64,000 nucleotides of DNA from Candidatus Dormiibacterota bacterium (GTDB lineage: Bacteria > Chloroflexota > Dormibacteria > Aeolococcales > Aeolococcaceae). Shown here piece after piece: positions 1 to 9,917 of the stretch. The notes beneath the pieces were generated by a model that saw only the letters and a program-made list of their open reading frames with translations, ran no database searches and was not told the DNA's origin. The stretch lies in NCBI GenBank assembly GCA_963718525.1, contig OY970355.1:1664001-1728000 (forward strand), written 5' to 3'. The translations under genes and the position numbers were made by a program. Numbering within the stretch: position 1 is the stretch's first letter; each line of letters begins with the position of its first letter.

Positions 1-1311
1 GGCGTTGACAGGTCCGTTGCCCTCGGCCGCGGTGTGCACGACCTCGTCACCGACCTGCACCTTGATGGTCGCCTCGCACACCAGTTGACGCCCCTCCCGC
101 TGCTCGACAAGCGCGATGTAGTCGATGAGCGTGAACGGCGCGGGATTGCCGCGCGCGCGATGGACGAGCAGTTCGAAGGACGCCTCAGCCCCTTCGAACG
201 AGTGACCGCTGAACTCGAGCTCCTTGACCTGATCGGCAACTCTTCGCGCCAGAGCCCTGTCCTGGGTGAGATCGACGCCGAACGCCGCGGCCTTCTCGAG
301 GACGGTGCCCCGCCCCGACTGCTGCGTGATCACCGAGTGGCGCTCATTGCCAACCCGAGCGGGGTCGATGTGCTGATACGCATACGAGGCTTTGCTCATC
401 GCGTCGATGTGCTGACCGCCCTTGTGCGTGAACGCGGCCTGCCCGATGTACGGCGCGGAAAGGGGAGGGGCGATGTTGGCGATCTCCGCGACGTCACGCG
501 CGACCTCGGTGAGGCGCGCCAGCTGCGCGTCCTCGATGACCTGCACGCCCATCTTCAGCTGCAGGTTGGGAATCAGCGTGCAGAGGTTCGCGTTGCCGGT
601 GCGCTCGCCGTAGCCGTTGATGCATCCCTGCACCTGCACGGCGCCCGCCCGCACCGCGGCGAGCGTGGCAGCGACCGCACATCCGGAGTCGTCGTGGCAG
701 TGGATCCCGGCGATGCTGCCGAATCGTGACGTGACCTCGCGGACCACAGATTCCACGCGATCGGGCAGCGTTCCGCCGTTGGTATCGCAGAGCGTGATCC
801 GCTCCGCTCCCGCGCTGACGGCAGCCTCGAGGCAGCGCAGCGCGTAGTCCGGATCGCTGGCGTGTCCATCGAAGAAGTGCTCGGCGTCGTAGACGACGCG
901 GCGGCCATGGTCGACGAACCAGCGCACCGATTCGGCGATCATCGCGACGTTCTCGTCGGTGGTGGTCCGGAGCACGTCGACGACCTGCCGGTCCCACGCC
1001 TTGCCGACAAGCGTGATGATCGGCGCCATCGAGTCGAGCAGCGTGCGCAGCTGCAGGTCGTCCTGCGCTCTAAGTCCCGGCCGGCGGGTTGCACCGAACG
1101 CCGCGAGAGTCGCGTTGCGGAGCGGGCGTCCCTGCATCGCTGCGAAGAATTCCGTATCCGTGGGGTTCGCGCCGGGCCAGCCCCCTTCGATGACGGTGAC
1201 GCCGAGCGTGTCGAGATGCTCGGCGATGCGAAGCTTGTCGGACACCGAGAAGTTGATGCCGACTCCCTGCGCACCGTCACGCAGAGTCGTGTCGTAGATC
1301 TCGACCGTCAT
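1..1311 (-). CDS. cimA: Citramalate synthase (3' end runs off the window)
   Basis: Read manually on the minus strand: ATG at 1311 gives MTVEIYDTTLRDGAQGVGINFS, with later motifs IEGGWPGANP, YDAEHFF, LCDTNGG and GIHCHDD. ATGA overlap with the leuB stop. Absent from the ORF track because it lacks a stop in the window. Confidence 0.88.
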   Translation of the reverse strand, partial: MTVEIYDTTLRDGAQGVGINFSVSDKLRIAEHLDTLGVTVIEGGWPGANPTDTEFFAAMQGRPLRNATLAAFGATRRPGLRAQDDLQLRTLLDSMAPIITLVGKAWDRQVVDVLRTTTDENVAMIAESVRWFVDHGRRVVYDAEHFFDGHASDPDYALRCLEAAVSAGAERITLCDTNGGTLPDRVESVVREVTSRFGSIAGIHCHDDSGCAVAATLAAVRAGAVQVQGCINGYGERTGNANLCTLIPNLQLKMGVQVIEDAQLARLTEVARDVAEIANIAPPLSAPYIGQAAFTHKGGQHIDAMSKASYAYQHIDPARVGNERHSVITQQSGRGTVLEKAAAFGVDLTQDRALARRVADQVKELEFSGHSFEGAEASFELLVHRARGNPAPFTLIDYIALVEQREGRQLVCEATIKVQVGDEVVHTAAEGNGPVNA

Positions 1312-2402
1312 CGCGCGGCTCCACTGCGCGCGCCGAGATGTCGCAACGCCTCGCGTGCCACCGCATCGGCGACGGCGTCGGTTCCCGATCCGCCGCCAAG
1401 GTCGTGGGTGAGGATGTCTTCGGCGATGCACACGTCGACCGCGGATTCGATGGCAGCCGCAAGGTCCTCGCGGTGGAGCGAATGACGAAGGAGCATCGCG
1501 ACCGAGAGGATGGTGCCGTAGGGATTGGCGATGCCACGTCCCGCGAGGGTGGGCGCGCTGCCGTGCACCGGTTCGTACAACCCCTGGTCGGTCGCGTTGA
1601 GGCTGGCCGACGGGAGCAGGCCCAGCGAGCCGGCGAGCACGGCTGCCTCATCGCTCAGGATGTCGCCGAAGAGATTCTCCGCGACCACGACGTCGATGGA
1701 CGCGGGCTCGCGCACCAACCGCATCGCGAACGAGTCGACGAGCTCGTGGCTCAACGTGACGTCGGGATACTCGGGACCCAGCGCGGTGACGACCTCTCTC
1801 CAGAGCTGGCTCGTGATGAGCACGTTCGCCTTGTCGATCGAGATGAGCTCGCCGCGTCGCAACTCGGCGAGCCTGAAGGCGACACGAGCGACCCGTTCGA
1901 TCTCGGCCGCGCTGTACACGATGCTGTCGCGGGCGATCTCGTCCGGCCCCGACCCTGTGCGTCCGCGCGGCTGTCCAAAGTAGGCGCCCCCAGTCAGCTC
2001 GCGCACGATCACCAGGTCAGTCCCACTGATGACCTCGGGACGCAGCGTGGTGCGATCGACGAGGTGCGGATGCACCTTGACGGGACGGACATTGGCGAAG
2101 ACGTCGAGCTCCCGTCGCAGTCGCAACAGGCCCGCTTCGCAGCGCTGCTCGCCGCGCAGGTGATCCCATGCCGGGCCGCCGACCGCCCCGAGCAGCACCG
2201 CATCAGCGGCCTTGCACGCGTCGAGCGTCTCGTCGGGAAGCGGCATGCCGAACTCGTCGATCGCCCGACCGCCGATGGGACGGACATCGATGCTCACCTG
2301 CGTGTCAGCGGCATCACAGACGGTCGCGAGCACGCTCAGGGCCGCGTTCACAACCTCCGGGCCGACGCCGTCTCCCGGGAGCACGACGATGTTTGCTTTC
2401 AC
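1308..2402 (-). CDS. leuB: 3-isopropylmalate dehydrogenase
   Basis: LPGDGVGPEV, NLFGDILSDEA and YEPVHGSAP motifs. GTG start at 2402 overlaps the leuD stop. Confidence 0.95.
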   Translation of the reverse strand: MKANIVVLPGDGVGPEVVNAALSVLATVCDAADTQVSIDVRPIGGRAIDEFGMPLPDETLDACKAADAVLLGAVGGPAWDHLRGEQRCEAGLLRLRRELDVFANVRPVKVHPHLVDRTTLRPEVISGTDLVIVRELTGGAYFGQPRGRTGSGPDEIARDSIVYSAAEIERVARVAFRLAELRRGELISIDKANVLITSQLWREVVTALGPEYPDVTLSHELVDSFAMRLVREPASIDVVVAENLFGDILSDEAAVLAGSLGLLPSASLNATDQGLYEPVHGSAPTLAGRGIANPYGTILSVAMLLRHSLHREDLAAAIESAVDVCIAEDILTHDLGGGSGTDAVADAVAREALRHLGARSGAAR

Positions 2403-3022
2403 GGGCCGGCCCGGACGCGCTGCAGATCCGGCATCCACGCCGGGCGGCCCTGTTCGAATGCGGTGATCTCGGGTTCGTGCGCGAGGGTCAGGCCGATGTC
2501 GTCGAGACCCTCCAGCAGGCGGCGCCGCTCGAACGGGTCGATGCTGAACGTGAAACGCAGATCACCGCATGTCACCGTCTGCGCCTCGAGGTCGACGGCG
2601 ACGGCGATCCCCGGTTGCTCTGCGGCGAGGTCGAGGAGTTCGCGAACCTCGTGCTCGGGAAGGATCACCGGAAGGACTCCGCTGCCGAGCGCGTTGGCTC
2701 TGAAGATATCCGCAAACAACTCCGCGATGATTGCGCGAATGCCGTAGTCGGCAAGCGCCCACACCGCGTGCTCGCGCGAAGAACCACAGCCGAAGTTGCG
2801 TCCCGTGACCATCACGGTCCCGGGCGCGTACGCCTCCTGGTTGAACACGAACTCCGGCCGCGGCGTGCCGGACGGCTCACGGCGCCAGTCGTAGAAGAGG
2901 AACTCGCCGTAGCCGGTTCGCTCGATACGTTTGAGGAACTGCTTGGGGATGATCTGATCGGTGTCGACGTCCGAGCGGTCGAGCGGGATGAGCACGCCGT
3001 CCTCGCGGCGAAACGGTTTCAT
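2399..3022 (-). CDS. leuD: 3-isopropylmalate dehydratase small subunit
   Basis: [13 protein letters not shown] and [15 protein letters not shown] motifs. ATG at 3022 overlaps the leuC stop. Confidence 0.96.
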   Translation of the reverse strand: MKPFRREDGVLIPLDRSDVDTDQIIPKQFLKRIERTGYGEFLFYDWRREPSGTPRPEFVFNQEAYAPGTVMVTGRNFGCGSSREHAVWALADYGIRAIIAELFADIFRANALGSGVLPVILPEHEVRELLDLAAEQPGIAVAVDLEAQTVTCGDLRFTFSIDPFERRRLLEGLDDIGLTLAHEPEITAFEQGRPAWMPDLQRVRAGP

Positions 3023-4440
3023 GCCCGGCCCACCGGTACGGCGAGGCGGCGGACATCGACAAACCGGCCCTCGACGGCGGCGGCTGCTGCCATCGCCGGC
3101 GAGACGAGGTGGGTGCGCCCGCCGCGTCCCTGGCGGCCTTCGAAATTGCGGTTGCTCGTGCTGGCACAGCGCTCGCCGGGTTGGAGGATGTCGGGGTTCA
3201 TGCCGAGGCACATCGAGCAGCCCGGATTGCGCCACTCAGCTCCGGCGCTGATGAAGACCGTGTCGAGTCCCTCGGATTCGGCCTGCACCTTCACCTGGGC
3301 CGAGCCGGGCACCACCAGGACGCGGACACCCTCGTGGACTCGGCGCCCGTCGAGCATCGCGGCCGCCGCGCGCAGGTCCTCGATGCGGCCATTGGTGCAT
3401 GACCCGATGAACACGGTGTCGAGCCTGATGTCCTCGATGGCCATGCCCGGCTCGAGACCCATGTACGCGAGGGCGCGCACCGCGGATTCACGCTCCGCGG
3501 CGTCCTGGAACATCTCCGGGTCGGGGACGCGTCCGGTCACCGGCACCGATTGTGCTGGCGTGGTCCCCCAGGTCACCGTCGGCTCCAGCGTTGTCGCGTC
3601 GACGCTCACCACGCGGTCGTATGCCGCGCCCGGATCGCTCTGCAGCTCGCTCCACGCAGCAACCGCGCCGTCCCAATCGGCGGCGGCAGGCGCATACGGG
3701 CGGCGCCTGATGTAAGCAAAGGTGGTGGCATCGGGCGCGATCATCCCGGCGCGGCCACCGCCTTCGATGGTGAGGTTGCAGAGCGTCATGCGCTGCTCCA
3801 TCGTGAAGCCACGGACCACCGAGCCCGTGTACTCGACCACGTGACCCGCGGCGCCCGCTGTGCCGATGGCGTTGAGGACTCCCAGGGCCGCGTCCTTGGC
3901 GGTGACTCCGACGGGCAGCGTGCCTTCGATCCGCACCTCCATGGTCTTCGGGCGGGACTGACGGAGACACTGCGTCGCCAGGACGTGCTCGACCTCGGAC
4001 GTCCCGATTCCCAGAGCGAATGCCCCGAAGGCACCGTGCGTGGCCGTGTGCGAATCACCGCAGACGACGATCGTCCCGGGGACGGTGAGGCCGAGCTCCG
4101 GCCCGATCACGTGGACGATGCCCTGCCAGCGATGCCCGGCGCCGAAGCACGAGATTCCGTGCTCCTCGCAGTTCCGGCGCAGCGCATCCATCTGCGCCGC
4201 ACTCATCTCGTCGGCGCCGCTGACCCCGTCGCCGTCGGTCGGGACGTTGTGGTCCATCGTGGCAACAACCAGACCGGGTCTGCGCACGCTTCGGCCTTCC
4301 ATGCGGAGGCCTTCGAACGCCTGTGGGGAGGTGACCTCATGGACGAGGTGAAGATCCACGTAGAGCAGCGACGGCTCACCGGGCTCCTCGGCGACGGTGT
4401 GTGCCTCCCAGATCTTGTCGAAGAGGGTGCGCGGAGTCAT
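3019..4440 (-). CDS. leuC: 3-isopropylmalate dehydratase large subunit
   Basis: [38 protein letters not shown] and [12 protein letters not shown] motifs. Confidence 0.97.
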   Translation of the reverse strand: MTPRTLFDKIWEAHTVAEEPGEPSLLYVDLHLVHEVTSPQAFEGLRMEGRSVRRPGLVVATMDHNVPTDGDGVSGADEMSAAQMDALRRNCEEHGISCFGAGHRWQGIVHVIGPELGLTVPGTIVVCGDSHTATHGAFGAFALGIGTSEVEHVLATQCLRQSRPKTMEVRIEGTLPVGVTAKDAALGVLNAIGTAGAAGHVVEYTGSVVRGFTMEQRMTLCNLTIEGGGRAGMIAPDATTFAYIRRRPYAPAAADWDGAVAAWSELQSDPGAAYDRVVSVDATTLEPTVTWGTTPAQSVPVTGRVPDPEMFQDAAERESAVRALAYMGLEPGMAIEDIRLDTVFIGSCTNGRIEDLRAAAAMLDGRRVHEGVRVLVVPGSAQVKVQAESEGLDTVFISAGAEWRNPGCSMCLGMNPDILQPGERCASTSNRNFEGRQGRGGRTHLVSPAMAAAAAVEGRFVDVRRLAVPVGRA

Positions 4441-6035
4441 TTGACCCCCGAGGTGGCCGCGGCTGGAGCTGCGGCGGTCGAAGTGGCCATCGCCGCCATC
4501 CGCTCCGGAGGCACGCGCGGCCCCGCCGCGAGCCGCGTGGTCAGGCGGTTCAGGGCATGGACGTACGCTTTCGCGGCCGCCACCAGGATGTCGGTGTCGG
4601 CGCCGTGACCCGAGCTCAGGGTGCCGTCCTGGCGCAGGCGCACGCTCACCTCGCCGACGGCGTCCATGCCCTCCGTGATCGCCTGAATGGCGAACTCCTC
4701 GAGCTCGGCCTCCACGTGCACCAGCGAATCGATGGCGCGATAGGTCGCGTCGACCGGGCCGTCTCCCATTGAGACAGCCTCGTGGCTCGCGCCGTCGTCC
4801 AGAAGCATGCGCACGGTGGCCGTGGCGCGCAGGTTGGTGCCGCAACTCACCTGGAGGTGCTCGAGACGGAACGTCTCCTCAGCACCCTGGCGCTCGTCGG
4901 CGACGATCGCCTCGAGATCGCGGTCGGTGACGTCCCGCTTGCGGTCGGCGAGTTCCTTGAAACGCACAAAGGCGCGCTGCAATTCCTCGCCGTCAAGACG
5001 GTAGCCCAATTGCTCGAGGCGGTCGCGCAGCGCGTGGCGCCCGCTGAGCTTGCCGAGCACGAGCGTTGAGCCGGCTCCCACCTGACCCGGCTCCATGATC
5101 TCGAAGGTCCGGCGGTCCTTGAGCATGCCATCCTGGTGGATGCCGGAATGGTGCGCGAACGCATTGGCTCCGACCACGGCCTTGTTCGGCTGGACGAGCA
5201 TGCCGGTGAGCTGGGACACGAGCCGTGAGGTGCGATACAGCTGCGAATGATCGAGCTGGGTGGTCACGCCGTACACCGTCTCGTGCAGACGGACGGCCAT
5301 CGCGACCTCCTCGAGCGCGGCATTGCCCGCACGCTCGCCGATACCGTTGACACATGTCTCGATCTGTCGCGCCCCGCCGAGCACGCTGACGAGCGAGTTG
5401 GCAGTTGCGAGGCCGAGATCGTTGTGACAGTGGACCGAAAGCACGACAGTTCGAAGCGCCGGTACCTGCTCATACATCCAGGCGATGAGCGAGCGCCACT
5501 CGTCGGGTGTCGCGTATCCGACGGTGTCGGGCAGATTGATGGTGGTCGCCCCAGCCTCGATACAGCTGTTGACCACCTCGGCCAGGTACTCGCGCTCGGT
5601 ACGGCTCGCATCCATGGGTGAGAACTCGACGTCTTCGCGGAATGTCTTCGCGAGCCCGGTCATCGCGACAGCGCGCTCGTGAACCTCGCGCTGGGTCATG
5701 CGCAGCTGTCCTTCACGATGGATCGGTGAGGTGCCGATGAACACATGAATGCGCGCGCGGGCCGCAGGCTCGAGCGCCGCGGCGCACGCGCGGACGTCAG
5801 CCTCGAAACAGCGCGAGAGACCCGCGATCACCGAGCCGTCGACCTGTTCGGCGATGGCCTTGACCGCGGCAAAGTCACCCGGCGAGCTGTGTGGGAACCC
5901 GGCTTCGATGACATCCACCTTCAGTCGAGCGAGCTGATGGGCGATCTGGAGCTTGTCCTCCGCGTTGAGCGCCACCCCGGGGGACTGCTCACCGTCGCGA
6001 AGCGTGGTGTCAAGAATCGTCAGCGACTCGGTCAT
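4437..6035 (-). CDS. leuA: 2-isopropylmalate synthase
   Basis: [21 protein letters not shown] and GIGERAGNA motifs, plus the C-terminal regulatory domain (GDGPVDA). Confidence 0.96.
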   Translation of the reverse strand: MTESLTILDTTLRDGEQSPGVALNAEDKLQIAHQLARLKVDVIEAGFPHSSPGDFAAVKAIAEQVDGSVIAGLSRCFEADVRACAAALEPAARARIHVFIGTSPIHREGQLRMTQREVHERAVAMTGLAKTFREDVEFSPMDASRTEREYLAEVVNSCIEAGATTINLPDTVGYATPDEWRSLIAWMYEQVPALRTVVLSVHCHNDLGLATANSLVSVLGGARQIETCVNGIGERAGNAALEEVAMAVRLHETVYGVTTQLDHSQLYRTSRLVSQLTGMLVQPNKAVVGANAFAHHSGIHQDGMLKDRRTFEIMEPGQVGAGSTLVLGKLSGRHALRDRLEQLGYRLDGEELQRAFVRFKELADRKRDVTDRDLEAIVADERQGAEETFRLEHLQVSCGTNLRATATVRMLLDDGASHEAVSMGDGPVDATYRAIDSLVHVEAELEEFAIQAITEGMDAVGEVSVRLRQDGTLSSGHGADTDILVAAAKAYVHALNRLTTRLAAGPRVPPERMAAMATSTAAAPAAATSGVK

Positions 6036-7087
6036 ACCGTCGCCTCCTCGCGGTCGGGCTCAGCCAGCACCTTCTCCATCCCGGGCGCCGTCTTGCTGTC
6101 GAGCCAGCCCATCTTTGACCGCAGCTCGGCGCCGACGCGCTCGATGGGCAGACGCTGCTCCTCGTCGCGATATTCGACGAAGTTCGGCCGTCCGGCTTCG
6201 TTCTCCTCGATCCAGCGCTTGGCGAAGCTGCCGTCCTGGATGTCGCTCAGCAATTTGCGCATGGTGGCGCGGGTGCGCTCGTCCACCACCTTGGGGCCGC
6301 TGACGTAGTCGCCATACTCGGCGGTCTCGCTCACGGAGTAGCGCATCCACGACAGACCGCCCTGATACATGAGATCAACGATGAGCTTGAGCTCGTGCAT
6401 GACCTCGAAGTACGCGAGCTCGGGCTGATAGCCGGCATCGGTGAGCGTGTCGAACCCGGCCTTGACCAGCGACGTGATGCCGCCGCACAGCACCGCCTGC
6501 TCCCCGAAGAGATCGGTCTCGGTCTCCTCGGCGAACGTCGTCTCGAGGACGCCGGCGCGGGTGCCGCCGATGCCTCGCGCGTACGCAAGGGTGCGTTCGC
6601 GGGCGAGACCGGTCGCGTTCTGATGCACGGCGAACAGGCACGGGACGCCCTGTCCCGCGACGAAGGTGCTGCGCACCAGGTGGCCCGGGCCTTTGGGAGC
6701 CACCATGCTGACGTCGACGCCGACTGGCGGGTCGATGAGCTCGTAGCGGATGTTGAATCCGTGGGCGAACATCAGCATCTTGTCCGCATGCAGGTGCGGT
6801 GCGATCGCCTCGTCATACAGCGCGCGCTGGCCGGTGTCAGGTGTCAGCACCATGATCACATCGGCCTCCGCGCATGCCTCCGCAGGGGTCAGCACGCGGA
6901 GTCCCTCGGCCTGCGCCGCGGCACGGCTGCGGCTGGATTCGGGAAGGCCAACGCGCACGTCATGACCCGAGTCGCGCAGGTTGAGCGCGTGAGCGTGGCC
7001 CTGCGAGCCGTACCCCAGAATGGCGATGGGGAGATTTGACAGAGCCTCTGGATCGGCGTCTGCGTCGTAGTACATCCGAGCGGTCAT
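6032..7087 (-). CDS. ilvC: Ketol-acid reductoisomerase
   Basis: [27 protein letters not shown] and [16 protein letters not shown] motifs. Confidence 0.97.
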   Translation of the reverse strand: MTARMYYDADADPEALSNLPIAILGYGSQGHAHALNLRDSGHDVRVGLPESSRSRAAAQAEGLRVLTPAEACAEADVIMVLTPDTGQRALYDEAIAPHLHADKMLMFAHGFNIRYELIDPPVGVDVSMVAPKGPGHLVRSTFVAGQGVPCLFAVHQNATGLARERTLAYARGIGGTRAGVLETTFAEETETDLFGEQAVLCGGITSLVKAGFDTLTDAGYQPELAYFEVMHELKLIVDLMYQGGLSWMRYSVSETAEYGDYVSGPKVVDERTRATMRKLLSDIQDGSFAKRWIEENEAGRPNFVEYRDEEQRLPIERVGAELRSKMGWLDSKTAPGMEKVLAEPDREEATV

Positions 7088-7112
7088 TGATCGCTGCCTC
7101 CTCTGCGCTTGC

Positions 7113-7697
7113 TCACACGGTGCCGGTGGTGTCGCCGGCCACGCCCTGCAGGCGCGACGGCTCTGTCTGCGGCTCGTCGCCGTCGGTCGCGAAGTCCATG
7201 AGCCGGAAGCGGGCCTGGTCGCCTCGAACGAGCGCCACGACGCCGCTTCGTGCCAGCTCCTTGATGCCGTACGGCCGCATCAGGTCGATGAAGTTGTCGA
7301 TCTTCTCCGCACTGCCCGTCACCTCGATGATCACCGAGTTGGCGGCGACGTCGACGACCCGTCCCCTGAAGATGTCGACGAGGTTCAGCACCTCGGTTCG
7401 CTCGCCAGGTGGCGCGTGCATGCGGACGAGCACCAGCTCATGCGCAACATTGCGCAATCCCGTGATGTCGTCGATGGTGATGACGTCGATGAGCTTGGCC
7501 AGCTGCTTGGTGGCCTGCTCGGCCTGCTGCCGCCCGACGTGCACGGTGATCGTCATCCGCGAGATCGTGTCGTCCTCGGTGGGCCCCACCGAGAGCGAAT
7601 CGATGTTGAAGCCTCGCCGCCGGATCATCGACGCGACGCGCTGCAGGACCCCCGGTTTGTTGTCGACCAGTACTGACAACAGCCGGCTCGCGGTCAT
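7113..7697 (-). CDS. ilvN: Acetolactate synthase small (regulatory) subunit
   Basis: [34 protein letters not shown] domain. ATG at 7697 overlaps the ilvB TGA. Confidence 0.95.
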   Translation of the reverse strand: MTASRLLSVLVDNKPGVLQRVASMIRRRGFNIDSLSVGPTEDDTISRMTITVHVGRQQAEQATKQLAKLIDVITIDDITGLRNVAHELVLVRMHAPPGERTEVLNLVDIFRGRVVDVAANSVIIEVTGSAEKIDNFIDLMRPYGIKELARSGVVALVRGDQARFRLMDFATDGDEPQTEPSRLQGVAGDTTGTV

Positions 7698-9460
7698 CAG
7701 CTCGCCTCGACGAAGTCGAGCATGCCCATACCGAGCGGCACGATGGGATACACGTTCGCGTCGGGATCGATGTTGAAGTTGAGCAGCACCGGCCCCTTGT
7801 GCGCCATCGCCTCGTCGAGCATCCGCCCGACATCCTCGAGACGATCGGTGGACATCGCCTTCATGCCGAAGGCGTCGCCGAGCTTGACGATGTCGGGCGT
7901 GAATGTCAGGTCGACCGCCGAGCGCACGCCGTCGTAGAAGTCGTCCTGGAACTGCCGGACCATGCCGAGTGACGAGTTGTTGAGGATGATCACATTGACG
8001 TCGATGTTGTTCTCGACCATCGTCGCCATCTCCTGCATGTTCATCACGAAGCCGCCCTCGCCGGTGACGCAGAACACGGTCTTCTGCGGATTCGCGAGCT
8101 TCGCGCCCATCGATGCGGGAAACGCGTACCCCATGGTTCCGGTCCCGCCCGAATTGAGGAACATCCCAGGCTTGCGGTAGTTGAACCAGAGCGCCGCCCA
8201 GATCTGGTTCTGGCCGACGTCCGCGAGCACGATTGCCTCGTCCTCGCAGCGTGAATACATCTCCTCGAGCACCTGCTGCGGCTGGAGCAGACCGCTGTGG
8301 TTCGTGAAGCGGACGGGGTGCTCCTCCTTCCACTGGTCGATCTGCGTCAACCACTGATGCTCCCGCTTGGGCTCGACGAGCAGGTTGAGCTCGCGCAGCG
8401 CCACCTTGGCGTCGGCCACGACGCTCACGTGCGGGATGACGTTCTTGCCGATCTCCGCCGGGTCGATGTCGATGTGCACGAGGTGTTCGACGCGCGGGGC
8501 GAACGAGTTGAGCCGGGTGGTCACCCGATCGTCGCAGCGCATCCCGATCATGATCAGCACGTCCGCCTCGCAGACGGCCTTGTTGGTATAGCCGGCGCCC
8601 ATGAACCCGACCATCTGCAGGGCCATGGGGTCGGTCACCGGAAACGCACCGGTGCCGAGCAGGGTCCAGCCCACCGGGATGTGCGCCTGGTGCGCGAGCT
8701 CCGCAAGCTCCTCTTCTGCGCGGGCGATGAGCACCCCGCGACCGGCGAGGATCACCGGGCGTTTTGCCCCCTTGATGAGGTCGGCGATCTGGCGCAGCTT
8801 CGACGGGTCGGGCCGCGGCGGTGCCGGGTAGGACCGCCGTTTCACCGGGGCCTCCGGATAGTTGAACGCGGTTCTGGCCGCCTGGAGATCCTTGGGAAAG
8901 TCGATCAGGACCGGACCCGGGCGCCCGGTGCGAGCGATGTGGAACGCCTCCTTGATCGTCGGCGCGATGTCCTCGGCGCGCGTGATCAGGTACGAGTGCT
9001 TCACGACTGACATGGTCGAGCCGATGACGTCGGACTCCTGAAAACTGTCGGTCCCGATGGCCGTCGAGGGCACCTGGCCGGTGATCGCAACGACAGGGAC
9101 CGAATCCATGTACGCGGTGGCGAGCCCTGTGACGAGGTTCAGCGCGCCGGGGCCGCTGGTCGCGAAGACGACTCCGACCGACCCGCGCTTGCTGCGCGCG
9201 TAACCGTCAGCGGCATGCGCTCCGCCCTGTTCGTGGCGCACGAGGACGTGGTGGAGCTGCGGATAATCGGGAAGGTAGCGATAGAGCCAGAGGTTCGCGC
9301 CACCGGGGTATCCGAAGATCGTGTCGACACCCTCGCGGATGAGCGATTCGAGGGCGACCTGCGCGCCGGTGAGCATGCGAGGCGGCTCCGCCTGGCCGTC
9401 GGGGCTTGCTGCTGTCGTCGCGGCCGCGCTCGAGCGTTGATCCGTTCGGGCCGTGATCAC
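7697..9460 (-). CDS. ilvB: Acetolactate synthase large subunit
   Basis: IFGYPGGA, RHEQGGAHAADGYAR and TSGPGALN motifs, plus the ThDP motif GEGGFVMN...NN. Confidence 0.96.
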   Translation of the reverse strand: MITARTDQRSSAAATTAASPDGQAEPPRMLTGAQVALESLIREGVDTIFGYPGGANLWLYRYLPDYPQLHHVLVRHEQGGAHAADGYARSKRGSVGVVFATSGPGALNLVTGLATAYMDSVPVVAITGQVPSTAIGTDSFQESDVIGSTMSVVKHSYLITRAEDIAPTIKEAFHIARTGRPGPVLIDFPKDLQAARTAFNYPEAPVKRRSYPAPPRPDPSKLRQIADLIKGAKRPVILAGRGVLIARAEEELAELAHQAHIPVGWTLLGTGAFPVTDPMALQMVGFMGAGYTNKAVCEADVLIMIGMRCDDRVTTRLNSFAPRVEHLVHIDIDPAEIGKNVIPHVSVVADAKVALRELNLLVEPKREHQWLTQIDQWKEEHPVRFTNHSGLLQPQQVLEEMYSRCEDEAIVLADVGQNQIWAALWFNYRKPGMFLNSGGTGTMGYAFPASMGAKLANPQKTVFCVTGEGGFVMNMQEMATMVENNIDVNVIILNNSSLGMVRQFQDDFYDGVRSAVDLTFTPDIVKLGDAFGMKAMSTDRLEDVGRMLDEAMAHKGPVLLNFNIDPDANVYPIVPLGMGMLDFVEAS

Positions 9461-9654
9461 TGGTAGTAGCGGTTGAGCGATCGGCGCACGAACTCTTCGC
9501 TCTCGTCATGCCGTGGGGTGCCGGGAGCGAAACGATCTGCCCGTGCGGCGTCGAGGCGCTCGGCCTGGTTGCCATCGTCGTGGGTGCTTGCGTCCCACCG
9601 AGTTGGTGTTCCCATGCCGTCGTAGGGGGCGGGTGCCTGTCCGGGGCCGGCCAT
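9457..9654 (-). CDS. Hypothetical 65-aa protein, first ORF of the ilv-leu operon
   Basis: AGGAGG SD (+ strand cctcct 9662-9667) lies 7 nt before the ATG. Its stop overlaps the ilvB GTG (GTGA). Confidence 0.65.
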   Translation of the reverse strand: MAGPGQAPAPYDGMGTPTRWDASTHDDGNQAERLDAARADRFAPGTPRHDESEEFVRRSLNRYYQ

Positions 9655-9682
9655 GACTGTTCCTCCTGTCGCGTTGTGCCGG

Positions 9683-9720
9683 GAACAACAAAAGGCCCCC
9701 TCCTGGGAGGGGGCCTTTTG
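9683..9720 (-). terminator. Intrinsic terminator (attenuator) of the ilv-leu leader
   Basis: Minus strand AAAAGGCCCCCTCC-CA-GGAGGGGGCCTTTT followed by GTTGTT: a perfect GC stem with a U-rich tail. Confidence 0.9.
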
Positions 9721-9745
9721 CTTGATTCCGGCTTGGGTCTTGTGC

Positions 9746-9838
9746 CTACCTGCGCACGCGACTGGCCTGAAGCATGAAAGCCCCGCTCCTAATCAGGAGC
9801 AGGCCTACCAGCAGGACCAGCGCGAAGCCGTACGACAT
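9746..9838 (-). CDS. ilv/leu attenuator leader peptide MSYGFALVLLVGLLLIRSGAFMLQASRVRR
   Basis: 30-codon ORF read manually. 9 of codons 7-16 are Leu/Val/Ile. Codons 17-21 (AGGAGCGGGGCTTT) are complementary to the terminator 5' arm. Confidence 0.85.
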   Translation of the reverse strand: MSYGFALVLLVGLLLIRSGAFMLQASRVRR

Positions 9839-9848
9839 CTCGGTGCGA

Positions 9849-9878
9849 AGAATACGGCCTGGACGCCGCTCCAGTCAA
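9849..9878 (-). promoter_or_regulatory. Sigma70/SigA-type promoter of the ilv-leu operon
   Basis: Minus strand TTGACT-N18-TATTCT, 10 nt upstream of the leader ATG. Confidence 0.65.
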
Positions 9879-9917
9879 TGCACGGAGCTGTGACGGTCGC
9901 GCCGTATGCTTCCGCGC

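Noticed and set aside
1338-4608. Long plus-strand ORFs (469, 515 and 352 aa) opposite the leu genes, and similar antisense ORFs throughout the window
   Set aside because: Shadow ORFs typical of high-GC DNA. They have no recognisable motifs and are fully overlapped by clear genes.
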